From Candidatus Acidiferrum sp. (GTDB taxonomy: Bacteria; Methylomirabilota; Methylomirabilia; Rokubacteriales; CSP1-6), in NCBI GenBank assembly GCA_035635775.1, contig DASQAL010000072.1:775-64774 (forward strand): 64,000 bases of DNA. Direction: 5' to 3'. A program made the translations under genes and the position numbers. Of the stretch, positions 27,473 through 37,728 are shown piece after piece. The first letter of the stretch is position 1, and each line of letters begins with the position of its first letter. The notes beneath the pieces were generated by a model. That model did not search any database. It was not told where the DNA came from and saw nothing but the letters and a program-made list of their open reading frames with translations.

Positions 27473-27556
27473 GGGGTCAGGTCTTGAATTACGACATTTG
27501 TCCGCGGGAGACGTGTCCTCGCGCGCCGGAAATGTCGTAATTCAAGACCTGACCCC
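27473..27556. repeat. 84 bp element: perfect 27 bp inverted repeat around a 30 nt GC-rich centre
   Basis: GGGGTCAGGTCTTGAATTACGACATTT (27473-27499) is the exact reverse complement of 27530-27556; lies between two convergent genes; the right arm overlaps the last 5 codons of the minus-strand gene. Confidence 0.9.
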
Positions 27557-29032
27557 TCCTAGGTCGGCGGAGGCGGAGTCGCCCGCGGTCTTGCCGAAGA
27601 CGGCGCCCGACATGAGGCCGGTGCCGCCGGGGTAGTTGTGGTAGAAGAGCCCGCCCACCAGCTCGCCCGCCGCGTAGAGGCCCGCGATGGGCCGGTCCCA
27701 CGTGTCGAGCACCCGGCCGCGCGTGTCCACGCGCAGGCCGCCGAAGGTGAAGGTGATGCCGCAGGTCACGCCGAAGCCCACGTAGGGCGGGGTGTCGAGG
27801 CGCTGAGCCCAGTTGGACTTGGGCGGGGTGATCCCGCGCGTGCCGCGGCCGTCGAGGACCGCCGGATTGAACGGCACCTGGTCCATGACCGCCGCGTTGA
27901 AGTCGCGCACCGTGCGGCTGAGCCCCTCCGGGTTCACCTCGAGCTTCTTGGCCAGCTCCTCGATGGTGGCGGCTTCCGCCTTGGTGATCTCGCGGATGCG
28001 GTACTCCTCGCGCAGCAGCTCGACCGTCTTCTGGTCGAAGATCTGGAAGGCGGCCTCCTGCGGCTGGCGCAGGATCTCGCGCCCGTACTTGGCGTAGGTG
28101 TAGTTGCGGAAGTCGGCGCCCTCGTCCACGAAGCGCTCGCCCTTCACGTTGACGATCAGCCCGAGCGGGTACGAGTGCTTCTGGAACATGTCGCCCACGC
28201 GCCGGTCGCCGAAGGCGGGGGCGTTGAGATCCCACGCCACCGCGTGACAGGACGACCAGTGCCCGTAGGCCTGCGCGCCGATCTCGAGCGCCATCGCGAT
28301 GCCCTCGCCCACGTTGTGGCGGGTGCCGCGCACGCGCGCGAGGTCCCAGTTGGGCCCGAGATAGCGGGTGCGCCACTCCGGGTTGGCCTCGAAGCCCCCC
28401 GAGGCGACGACCACCGCGCGGCAGGGGATCTCGCTCGCGCCCGCCGCGCTGCGCGTCACCACCCCGGTCACGCGGCCGGACGAATCCTGGGTCAGCTTGT
28501 GCCCGGCCACCCCGTAGCGCACCTCGATGCCCACCTTGGCCGCCCGCTCGAAGAGCGCCTCGACCAGGCCGGGCCCGCCGCCCACCGCCTCTAGAGTGAG
28601 CCCGCCCCAGAAGTGGTGACGGTCGCCCACCTTGTAGGACTGGCGGCTGAACATGAGGATCCAGCGAACCCCCTGGGTGCGCATCCACATCACGGTGGGC
28701 TTCGAGCGCTGGACCAGGTGCTGGGCCAGGTCGAGATCGGAGCGGCCCTCGGTCACCCGCATCAGGTCGTCGTAGTACTGATCTTCCGTGTAGGCGGGGA
28801 TGGTGATGCTCCGCGCCTCCTCGTCGCTGAGATCCGGGATGACGTCGCGCCTCAGGTCCTCGAGGCCCTGGTGGGCAAAGCGGAAGCCCCCCGCGGTGAA
28901 GAAGGAGTTGCCGCCCCGCTCGGGCTCCGGCGCTTTCTCCAGCACCAGCACCGAGGCCCCGCCCTCGCGCGCGGCCAGCGCCGCGCAGAGAGCCGCATTG
29001 CCGCCGCCGATCACCACCACGTCGTGCGCCAT
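27542..29032 (-). CDS. FAD-binding dehydrogenase, TcuA-like (succinate dehydrogenase / fumarate reductase flavoprotein superfamily)
   Basis: MAHDVVVIGGGNAALCAALAAREGGASVLVLEKAPEPERGGNS...; C-terminal ...LYAAGELVGG...; no tcuB/tcuC partner seen nearby. Confidence 0.7.
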   Translation of the reverse strand: MAHDVVVIGGGNAALCAALAAREGGASVLVLEKAPEPERGGNSFFTAGGFRFAHQGLEDLRRDVIPDLSDEEARSITIPAYTEDQYYDDLMRVTEGRSDLDLAQHLVQRSKPTVMWMRTQGVRWILMFSRQSYKVGDRHHFWGGLTLEAVGGGPGLVEALFERAAKVGIEVRYGVAGHKLTQDSSGRVTGVVTRSAAGASEIPCRAVVVASGGFEANPEWRTRYLGPNWDLARVRGTRHNVGEGIAMALEIGAQAYGHWSSCHAVAWDLNAPAFGDRRVGDMFQKHSYPLGLIVNVKGERFVDEGADFRNYTYAKYGREILRQPQEAAFQIFDQKTVELLREEYRIREITKAEAATIEELAKKLEVNPEGLSRTVRDFNAAVMDQVPFNPAVLDGRGTRGITPPKSNWAQRLDTPPYVGFGVTCGITFTFGGLRVDTRGRVLDTWDRPIAGLYAAGELVGGLFYHNYPGGTGLMSGAVFGKTAGDSASADLGGVRS

Positions 29033-29060
29033 CGCGTCGACTACCTCCAGTCCGGCCGGC

Positions 29061-29849
29061 TCAGCCGAGCCGGGTCAGCAGGACGAGACCGAGAGCCACC
29101 CGGTACCAGCCGAACGGGACGAAGCTGTGCGTCTGGATCCATCGGAGCAGCCACCGCACCGCCACGAAGGCGGTCACCGCGGACACCACGGTGCCCAGCG
29201 CGAGGAGCCCCCAGTCGGTCGGCGGGCCCGCGGGATGGCGAAGGGCCTGCAGCGTCTCGAGCCCACCCGCCGCGAGGAGGGTGGGCACCCCGACCAGGAA
29301 CGAGAACTCGGTCGCGACGGGCCGGCTCAGGCCGAGCAGCATGATGATCAGGATGGTGGCGGCCGAGCGCGACGTGCCGGGGAAGACCGCGGCGAGGAGC
29401 TGCCCCAGCCCGACCGCGACCGCCATCACCCAGCTCACGCTCGAGACCGACGGCCGCGAACGGAGCGACCATTCCACCGCAAGGATCGCCACGCCACCGA
29501 TCAGCGTGGCCCAGGCGATCGGCGCCGTCTCCTTCGGCAGGGCGAAGCCGAGCCGCTTGATCACAAGCCCGCCCACCCCGGTGATCGCGAAGGCCAGCGC
29601 GAGCTTCATGAGATACGCCCGCGCGGCCGGCTCGTGCAGGCGCCCCAGCAGATCGCGCAGGCGGCCGCCGAAGACCAGCAGCACCGCGAGGGCCGCGCCG
29701 GACTGGATCGTGATGTTGAAGAGGTCGGACTGGCGCGGCACCCAACCCGCGTTCTCCACCAGGAGCAGGTGCCCGGTCGAGGAGATGGGCAGGAACTCGG
29801 TCACGCCCTCGATGACGCCCAGGATGGTGACGGCCAGCCAGGCGGGCAC
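29061..29849 (-). CDS. uppP: undecaprenyl-diphosphate phosphatase
   Basis: 262 aa membrane protein; GVIEGVTEFLPISSTGHL and PGTSRSA signature motifs of BacA/UppP. Confidence 0.9.
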   Translation of the reverse strand: MPAWLAVTILGVIEGVTEFLPISSTGHLLLVENAGWVPRQSDLFNITIQSGAALAVLLVFGGRLRDLLGRLHEPAARAYLMKLALAFAITGVGGLVIKRLGFALPKETAPIAWATLIGGVAILAVEWSLRSRPSVSSVSWVMAVAVGLGQLLAAVFPGTSRSAATILIIMLLGLSRPVATEFSFLVGVPTLLAAGGLETLQALRHPAGPPTDWGLLALGTVVSAVTAFVAVRWLLRWIQTHSFVPFGWYRVALGLVLLTRLG

Positions 29850-29856
29850 TGGCGGG

Positions 29857-30675
29857 TCAGCCCACGATCTCTTCGCCGCCGTCGACTCCGATCACGTTGC
29901 CGGTGATCCAGTGCGTGTCGGGGTGGCTCAGCACGACGATGGCCCGGGCCACGTCGTCGGTGGTGGTCAGCCGGCGATGCGGGTTGCGCCGCGCCGCCTG
30001 CTGGGAGAACTCCTCATAGTTGGGGATCTTCTGGGCCGCGGGGGTCGCGGTCACCCCGGCGCGGATGGAGTTGGCGGTGATGCCGTGCGCGGCCAGCTCG
30101 GCCGCGAGCTGCCGGATATTCGACTCCAGCGCGGCCTTGGCCGCGGACACCGGCCCGTAGTGGGGCAGCACGCGCGCGCCCCCCGCCGAGGTCATGGCAT
30201 AGATGCGCCCGCCCCGGCTCATGAGGCCGCGCCCCACCAGCTCCTGCGCCCAGTAGATGAGGCTGTGGGCCATCACGTCCAGCGTCATGTCCATCTGGGC
30301 CTTGGTCACCGCTTCCTTCATCGGATCGGCCACGAAGAGCTTGAGCGTGCCGAAGGCCAGGGAATGCAGCATCACCCGCACCTGGCCCATCTGGCTGCGC
30401 TCGCGGAGCATCCGCTCCATCTCGGTCGCGACCTCGGCGCGCTTCTCCTCGTCGGCCGCGTTGACGTTGAAGAAGCGGGCCTCCCGTCCGAGGGACTTGA
30501 TCTCGGAGGCCAGGCGCTCGACGTTGGGCAGGGTGGACTTGCGGTCGAGATGGACGCCGAACACGTCGAGCCCCGCGCGCGCGAGCGCCAGGCTCGTGGC
30601 GGCGCCGAAGCCGGAGGAGGCGCCCAGGATCAGGGCCCAGCCGCGCAGCGTGATCGGAGAGGCGTCGGTGGTCAT
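29857..30675 (-). CDS. SDR-family reductase (FabL-like enoyl reductase type)
   Basis: Start ATG 30675 with GAGGAA 4 nt upstream; ALILGASSGFGAATSLALA cofactor motif, YGPVSAAK catalytic YxxxxxK spacing as in enoyl reductases. Confidence 0.6.
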   Translation of the reverse strand: MTTDASPITLRGWALILGASSGFGAATSLALARAGLDVFGVHLDRKSTLPNVERLASEIKSLGREARFFNVNAADEEKRAEVATEMERMLRERSQMGQVRVMLHSLAFGTLKLFVADPMKEAVTKAQMDMTLDVMAHSLIYWAQELVGRGLMSRGGRIYAMTSAGGARVLPHYGPVSAAKAALESNIRQLAAELAAHGITANSIRAGVTATPAAQKIPNYEEFSQQAARRNPHRRLTTTDDVARAIVVLSHPDTHWITGNVIGVDGGEEIVG

Positions 30676-30759
30676 CGCATTCCTCGAATCGCGGGAGTCG
30701 CCCGTCGGAGCGCGCCCCATTCTATCAGAACTCCCCGCGTGCTACGATGTGGCTCGCCC

Positions 30760-31491
<732 letters not shown>

Positions 31492-33278
31492 GGCCCCGGC
31501 GCGCCCGCGTCTCCTGACCGTCCCGCTCGCCGTCGCGATCGTCACCGCCGCGCTGTACGTGGCGCGCCTCGGCGCCGCGCCCTTCCTCGATCCTCCGGAA
31601 GGGATCCACGCGCAGATCGCCTGGGAGATGCTGCGGGGCGCGGGCTGGATCACGCCGCACCTCAACGGCGTGCCCTACTTCGACAAGCCCCCGCTGCCCT
31701 ACTGGCTCATGGCGGCCGCCTTCGCCTGGCTCGGGCCCACCGAGATGGCGGCGCGGCTTCCGTCCGCGCTCGCCGCGGTCGCGGTGGCCGTGCTCACCGC
31801 GCTCATCGGCACCCGCCTGGCCTCGGCGCGGGTCGGTCTCATGGCGGGGTTGATGGTCGCGGCCAACCTGGAGGTCTTCCTCTTCGGCCGCATGGTCAAG
31901 CCGGACATGCTCTTCGTGGCCTGCATCCTCCTCGGCCTCTACGGCTTCATCCTGGCCTACCTGGGCGGCGGCCGGTGGCCGCTCCTGCTCGGCTACGGCG
32001 GCCTGGGCCTGGCCGTGCTGGCCAAGGACTTCCTCGGCGCCCTGGGCCCGCTCGCCATCGTGGCGCTCTTCCTCTGGCTCACCCACGAGGGCGGGTCGTG
32101 GCGGCAGTGGGCTCCGATGTCCGCGATCCTGCTCCTGCTCGCGGTCGCGGTGCCCTGGCACCTGCTGGTCGAGGCGCAGTACCGCGGCTTCCTCTGGTAC
32201 ACGGTGGTGGACAACCACCTGCTGAACGTCGCGCGCCAGCGCGTCTTCCCCGACGAGGACGTGCCGCTGTCGACGCTCGAGTTCCTGGGCGTCACCGCGG
32301 TCGGCTTCTTTCCCTGGGTGCTCGCGCTGCCGCTCGCGGTCGCCCGGGTAGTCCGGCGGCGCCCGTGGAAGACGCCGGAGGCGCGGGTGTGGATGCTGCT
32401 CGCCCTCTGGACGATCGGCGTCCTGGGAGTCTTCGCCCTGTCGCCCTTCAAGCTGCCCCACTACGGCCTTCCCGCGTTTCCCGCGATGGCCCTCCTGGTG
32501 GCCAAGCTCTGGGACGAGGCCATCGAGCGGCCGGCGGGCGCGCCGCGGTCCTTCAGCCTGCTCGCCCCCGCGCTGCTCGCGACGGCCATCGTGGCCGGCG
32601 CGACGCTCGGCGCCTGGCTGGGCTGGCTGCGCCTCTCCCCGGAGGCGGTCGCGGTTGCCGACGTCTCCGCGCGGAACATGGCCGCCCAGGGCCAGGCCGC
32701 GACCACCGACTTCCTGGCGCAGTTCCGGCCCCTCTTCGGCCCGATCGCGGGCATCTTCCTGCTCACGACGGCGGCGCTGGCGGTCGCGGCCTGGCGCCGG
32801 CTCCCGCGCCTGGGGCTGGGCGCCCTGCTGGCCGCCATGATCGCCTTCCTGCCGCTCTCCGTCGAAGGCCTCACGCTCTTCGCCAAGAGCCGCTCGGTGC
32901 GGCTGATGACCGACGCGATCCAGCTCCGCATCGGACCCGCGGACGTGCTCGCCCACGAGGGCGCGATCGAGAACAGCGCCTCCGCGCTGCTGCGGCTGGA
33001 TCGGCGCGTGCAGATCGTCAATGGACGGCAGTCCAACCTGGCCTTCGGCTCGACCTTCCCCGAGGCGCGGCCGCTATTCTGGGACACCGGCGCGCTCGCG
33101 CGCGCCTGGGCGGGGGACCGGCGCGTCTTCCTGCTCTCGGCCGCCACTCCCGCCCGGAGCGTGGTGCACGAGCTGCCGGCCGAGCGCGTCCATCTCCTGG
33201 TCGAGGGCGGAGGCCGGCGGCTCTATTCCAACCGGCCCTGAGCGTGGCGAGTGCTATCCTGGCTCTGGAGAAGGAGGA

Positions 33279-33752
33279 ATGGACGCCGCGAGCGAGCTCC
33301 GTCAGGCGCACCGGACCGCCGTGCTCATCACCGGCGGCCTCATCACGGGCCTGGTGATGTACGCCGTGATCGCCAGCGTGTTCCGCATGAGCCACGCGCC
33401 CTCCGAGGGTGTCGCGAGCCTTCCCGCGCCCCAGATGAGCTTCGCGCGCTACGCGGCCTGGATCGCGAGCGGGGTCGTCGTGCTCACCATCCCCGGATTG
33501 AAGCGAGTGCTCCTGACCCGGCGCTCGGACGAGACGCGGCAGCGGGCGATCGCGCGGCTCACCCTCGCCACCGTCGCGGTGGCCGGCCTCGCGGAGTTCC
33601 CGGCGATCGCCGGCTTCATCCTGGTGGTCCTGGGCGGCCTCTTCTTCGACTTCTACCTGCTCGGCTCGCTCTCGCTCGCGCTCCTGCTCGCCAATGCTCC
33701 GCGCTACGAGGCCTGGGAAACGTGGCTGGCCACGCCCGCGCCGCGGCCCTGA
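33279..33752 (+). CDS. hypothetical membrane protein (about 4 TM segments)
   Basis: AAGGAGGA directly upstream of ATG 33279; hydrophobic stretches LITGGLITGLVMYAVIASVF, AAWIASGVVVLTIPGL, LATVAVAGLAEFPAIAGFILVVLGGLFF, LLGSLSLALLLA. Confidence 0.6.
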   Translation: MDAASELRQAHRTAVLITGGLITGLVMYAVIASVFRMSHAPSEGVASLPAPQMSFARYAAWIASGVVVLTIPGLKRVLLTRRSDETRQRAIARLTLATVAVAGLAEFPAIAGFILVVLGGLFFDFYLLGSLSLALLLANAPRYEAWETWLATPAPRP

Positions 33753-33754
33753 TC

Positions 33755-34438
33755 ATGAGCGTCTCCCCCTATCGGCTCAAGGACGACCCGCACTCGAGCC
33801 ACTCCGTCATCCTGTCGCGCCTCGGCGAGGGCCGTGGCCGCAAGGCGCTGGACGTGGGCGCGGCCGACGGCTTCCTCGCGGAGCGCCTCACCGCCCAGGG
33901 CTGGAGCGTGACCGCGCTCGAGCGCGACCCGGAGCTGGCCGCGCGCGCGCACGGGCGATGCAAGGAGGTGGTGGTGGCCGATCTGGAGTCGGCGCCCCCG
34001 CTGCTGCACGGCCCCTTCGACGCCATCGTCTACGGCGACGTGCTCGAGCACCTGAGTGACCCGGGGGCCGTGCTGCGGGCTCTCGACCAGACCCTCGCCC
34101 CCCGGGGCACCGTGATCGTCTCGGTGCCCAATGTCGCGCATCTCTGGGTGCGCCTGTCGCTCCTGGCGGGGCGGTTCGACTACGCGGATCGCGGCATCCT
34201 GGATCGCACCCACCTCCGCTTCTTCACGCGGCGCACCCTGCGGGAACTCCTCGGCGCCGCCGGGCTCACCGTGGTCGAGCTCGCGGTCACCCCGGTGCCG
34301 CTGCCGCTGGTGGTGCCGCCGCGCTGGCACGGCCGGTGGCTCCCGCGCGTGCACGCGCTGAGCGCGGGGGCGGCGAGGGGGTGGCCGGGCGGGCTCGCCT
34401 ACCAGTTCGTCGCGGTCTGCCGCGCGAGGGAGCGCTAA
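33755..34438 (+). CDS. class I SAM-dependent methyltransferase
   Basis: Motif I ALDVGAADGF, motif post-I ...ALERD, ...IVYGDVLEHL...; 227 aa. Confidence 0.75.
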   Translation: MSVSPYRLKDDPHSSHSVILSRLGEGRGRKALDVGAADGFLAERLTAQGWSVTALERDPELAARAHGRCKEVVVADLESAPPLLHGPFDAIVYGDVLEHLSDPGAVLRALDQTLAPRGTVIVSVPNVAHLWVRLSLLAGRFDYADRGILDRTHLRFFTRRTLRELLGAAGLTVVELAVTPVPLPLVVPPRWHGRWLPRVHALSAGAARGWPGGLAYQFVAVCRARER

Positions 34439-34443
34439 TTTAG

Positions 34444-35253
34444 ATGGTCGCCCCGCCCGCGAAGGCTGCTCCGCCCGCGAAGGGCACTCCGAAAGTCGTC
34501 GTGGTGATGCCCGCCTACAACGCGGGCCGGACGCTTCGCATGACCTACGAGGAGCTGCCCAAGGACACCGTCAACCTGGTCATCCTGGTGGACGACGGCT
34601 CGACCGACGCCACTCTGGAAGTGGCGCGCGATCTCGGGCTCGAGATCTTCGTCCACGACAAGAACTACGGCTACGGCGCCAACCAGAAGACCTGCTACAC
34701 CGAGGCCCTCAAGGCGGGCGCCGACATCGTGGTGATGGTCCATCCCGACTACCAGTACGATCCCACCCTGGTGCCCCAGATCATCGCCCCCATCGTGCGG
34801 GGGGAGGCCGACCTCGTCCTGGGCTCTCGGCTCGCGGGCGGCGGCTCGGCGATCGAGCAGGGCATGCCGTGGTGGAAGTACGTGGCCAACCGATTCCTGA
34901 CCGGGGTGGAGAACGCGGCCTTCGGCCTGCGCCTGTCCGAGTACCACACCGGCTATCGCGCGTTCAGCAAGGACGTGCTCGACGCGGTGAACTTCCGCAT
35001 GAACTCCGACGGCTTCGTCTTCGACCAGGAGATCGTCGCCCAGGTCGTGGCCACCGGCTTCCGCATCGCGGAGATCCCGGTGCCGGTCCGGTATTTTCCG
35101 GAGGCCTCCTCGGCGAGCTTCAGCGCCTCCTGCGTCTACGGCTTCAAGATCCTCTGGGTGGTCGCGCGCTACCTGCTTCACCGGACCGGGATCAAGCGGT
35201 CGCGCCGGCTCGGCTCGATCGCGGGTCGCTACAGGCGCCTCGGGCGCCGGTGA
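34444..35253 (+). CDS. GT2 glycosyltransferase, polyprenyl-phosphate sugar synthase type (DPM1/GtrB/ArnC-like)
   Basis: VVVMPAYNAG...ILVDDGSTD...HPDYQYDP (DxD-type)...; soluble GT-A domain with short basic C-terminus. Confidence 0.75.
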   Translation: MVAPPAKAAPPAKGTPKVVVVMPAYNAGRTLRMTYEELPKDTVNLVILVDDGSTDATLEVARDLGLEIFVHDKNYGYGANQKTCYTEALKAGADIVVMVHPDYQYDPTLVPQIIAPIVRGEADLVLGSRLAGGGSAIEQGMPWWKYVANRFLTGVENAAFGLRLSEYHTGYRAFSKDVLDAVNFRMNSDGFVFDQEIVAQVVATGFRIAEIPVPVRYFPEASSASFSASCVYGFKILWVVARYLLHRTGIKRSRRLGSIAGRYRRLGRR

Positions 35254-36818
35254 TCGTCGCCCGGCTGCTCGACGGCGCGGCCGTCCTGGCCGCGGCGGGG
35301 CTCGGCGCCGCACTCGTGTTCTGGTCGGGCCGGCGCGAGCACTGGCCCTGGAGGCCCGAGCACCTCTTCCTCCTGCTCCTGGGGCTCGTGGCGCTGCGCG
35401 TGCTGCTGGCCCCGCGGCCGATCCCCGCGGTGCGGCCCCGCCGGGCCGTCCTGGTCGGGGTGGCGGCCTACGCGGTCGTGTTCTCGTTCGTCACGGTCAC
35501 CCGTCACTTGACCTTCGCGACGCACGCGCTCGATCTCGGCTACTACGTCCAGCTCGTGTGGAACCTGGCGCGGGGCGCCGGCCCCTACGTGAGCCTGCCC
35601 GAGATGCACGCCTGGGGCGATCATCTCTCGCCGATCATGTACCTCTTCGTGCCCGCCTACTGGCTCGTCCCGGGCCCGGTGGTCCTGCTGGTGGCCCAGT
35701 CGGTGGCGCTGGCCCTGGGCGGCATCGCGGTGTTCGGCCTGGCCCGGGCCCGGCTCGGCGAGGAGCGCCCCGCCGCCGTGTTCGCGCTGCTCTACCTGGT
35801 GAACCCGTCGCTCCACGGGATCAACGTGCGCGACTTCCACGCGGCCGCGCTCGCGATCCCGCTGCTCCTGGCCGCCTTCTGGGCGGTGGAGGCGGGCCGG
35901 CCGTGGCTGGCACTCCTGCCCGGCGCGCTCACGCTCCTCTGCCGGGAAGACGCCGCGCTGCCCGTGATGGGCCTGGGCGCCTGGATGGCGGCGGCTCATC
36001 GGCGCTGGCTCGCGGGGGCCGTTGCCGCCACCGCCGCGCTGGCCCTGCTGGCGGTGGACGTGCGCTGGATCATCCCGGCCTATCGCGGCGAGCCCTACTC
36101 GCATCTCGGCCGCTACGCACACCTTGGCGGCTCGCTCCCGGAGATCGTCGCGAACGCGATCCTCCATCCGTGGCGCACCCTGGGCACGCTGGGCACAGTG
36201 GGCCGCGCGGGGTACCTGGCCGCGATGCTGGCCCCGCTGGCGTTCCTGCCGCTGCTAGGCGGGTGGGATCTGCTGGGGGTGCTGCCCGCGCTGGCCCAGA
36301 ATCTCCTCAGCGGAGACCCGGTGCTCTACGGGTTCCGGGCCCAGTACCAGTCCTTCGTCCTGCCCTTCCTGATCCTGGCCGCGGTCGGCGGCTACGCGCG
36401 GCTCGCGAAGCGGCGGCCCGGAGCCTGGCCGGTGGCGGTGCTGGTGGTGGCCATGGTGGCGAGCCTCGCGCTCGCCTCGCGCACCGTGAACAACCTCGCG
36501 ATCGCCCGCTTCTGGCCCGCCCCGGAGCAGCGCGCCGCCTACCAGGTGCTGTCCCGGGTGCCTCCCGGCGCCGCGGTCTCCGCGCAGGATCCCTACGTGC
36601 CCCACCTGAGCCTGCGGCCGCTCGTCTTCGTCTTCCCGGTCGGCATCGAGAAGAGCGACTACGTCCTCGTGAATCTCGACAGCTATCCGTGGCGGAACCT
36701 GCCGGGCGTGACCCTGACCCGGGACGGGGCCCGCGTGACCATCGTGGCCGGGGGAGTCGAGCGGCGCTACGCGGTGGCCGCCCAGGGGGGGCCGCACCTG
36801 CTCCTTCGGCGCCTCTGA
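35250..36818 (+). CDS. DUF2079-family polytopic membrane protein (putative GT-C-like)
   Basis: GTG 35250 overlaps GT2 TGA (GTGA); ...FSFVTVTRHLTFATHALDLGYYVQLVWNLARG...GDHLSPIMYLF... then about 10 further TM segments and a C-terminal soluble part. Confidence 0.65.
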   Translation: MIVARLLDGAAVLAAAGLGAALVFWSGRREHWPWRPEHLFLLLLGLVALRVLLAPRPIPAVRPRRAVLVGVAAYAVVFSFVTVTRHLTFATHALDLGYYVQLVWNLARGAGPYVSLPEMHAWGDHLSPIMYLFVPAYWLVPGPVVLLVAQSVALALGGIAVFGLARARLGEERPAAVFALLYLVNPSLHGINVRDFHAAALAIPLLLAAFWAVEAGRPWLALLPGALTLLCREDAALPVMGLGAWMAAAHRRWLAGAVAATAALALLAVDVRWIIPAYRGEPYSHLGRYAHLGGSLPEIVANAILHPWRTLGTLGTVGRAGYLAAMLAPLAFLPLLGGWDLLGVLPALAQNLLSGDPVLYGFRAQYQSFVLPFLILAAVGGYARLAKRRPGAWPVAVLVVAMVASLALASRTVNNLAIARFWPAPEQRAAYQVLSRVPPGAAVSAQDPYVPHLSLRPLVFVFPVGIEKSDYVLVNLDSYPWRNLPGVTLTRDGARVTIVAGGVERRYAVAAQGGPHLLLRRL

Positions 36819-36869
36819 GCCGCCGGGCCGGCGGGCATCAGCTCACGTCAGGGGAACAACCGCCCACCG

Positions 36870-37205
36870 TCAGGTCAGCGGGACAAAATCGTACTCGCCC
36901 ACGCCCTGCAGGACGAGGAAGACCGCGGACGTCTCCCCGCCGTTGGTGACCAGGTGCGGACGCCCGGCGCGCACCGCGTACGACTCACCCGGCTCGAGGC
37001 GGACCTCCTCCTTCGGATCGCGGAGGAAGAGGCGCAGCCGGCCCTCCAGGACGTAGAAGGTGTCCCGGATACTCGTGTGGTAGTGCCACGGCACCTGTTG
37101 GCGCGGGCCGATCTGCAGCTCGGTGATGCGGAAGCCGGGCCGCTCGGCGTGGCGGGCGCGGCGCTCGACCTCGTAGAGGTGACTGGCGTCCTTCACGCCT
37201 TCCAT
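36870..37205 (-). CDS. cupin-domain protein
   Basis: GGGAGGAA upstream of ATG 37205; ...VPWHYHTSIRDTFYVLEGRLRL...GESYAVRAGRPHLVTN (cupin motifs 1 and 2); the 327 aa track ORF extension is artefactual. Confidence 0.75.
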   Translation of the reverse strand: MEGVKDASHLYEVERRARHAERPGFRITELQIGPRQQVPWHYHTSIRDTFYVLEGRLRLFLRDPKEEVRLEPGESYAVRAGRPHLVTNGGETSAVFLVLQGVGEYDFVPLT

Positions 37206-37225
37206 TTTGGTTCCTCCCTGGAGCG

Positions 37226-37639
37226 TCACGCGTCCGCCGACGGGTCGCCGGTGAGGATGTGGGACGCGTGGTGGTGGATCAGGAGCCACTCCTCGCCGCT
37301 TCGCTCGAAGATATTGGTGGCCAGGACCGACGTGACCGAGATATTGCCGCGCGATTCGGACAGGATGTTCTCGGTGCAGGTGAGCCAGCCGAACTCGCCT
37401 TCCACGTGCGCGTGGACGTCCGTGATGCTGAAGCGCATCTCCTGGCTGTTCTTGAAGATGACCTCCCAGGAGTGCCGCACCGCCTCCCAGCCCGCGAGCA
37501 GGGCCCAGCCGGGATGCACGCACCGCACGTAGTCCTCGTGGGCCCAGATCCCGTCCATCTGGTGGAGATCGAGGCTCTCGATGACGCGGTAGAAGCGCGC
37601 GTTCGCCTCCTCGACTTCTACGCGGCCCGTCGGGTCCAC
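37226..37639 (-). CDS. SnoaL-like / NTF2-fold protein (DUF4440-type)
   Basis: 137 aa; ...ANARFYRVIESLDLHQMDGIWAHEDYVRCVHPGW... typical NTF2-like cone. Confidence 0.65.
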   Translation of the reverse strand: MDPTGRVEVEEANARFYRVIESLDLHQMDGIWAHEDYVRCVHPGWALLAGWEAVRHSWEVIFKNSQEMRFSITDVHAHVEGEFGWLTCTENILSESRGNISVTSVLATNIFERSGEEWLLIHHHASHILTGDPSADA

Positions 37640-37728
37640 GGGGAGGTTCTATCAGATCGATCGCGCCTCGGCAAACGCGCGGCCGCGGCGGAATCGCCTC
37701 CGAAGCCCCGTGGTACGATGAGCGGGCC

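Noticed and set aside
27473-27556. Interpreting the 27 bp inverted repeat as an ordinary bidirectional intrinsic terminator
   Set aside because: There is no U/T tract after the stem on either strand, the stem is far longer than usual, and it invades a coding region. It is kept as a finding with other interpretations.
30720-30729. Shared 10-mer TTCTATCAGA in two divergent promoter spacers (30720-30729 and 37648-37657)
   Set aside because: A single 10 nt match between two AT-richer spacers is within chance expectation for a 64 kb window, and there is no flanking similarity or palindromy.
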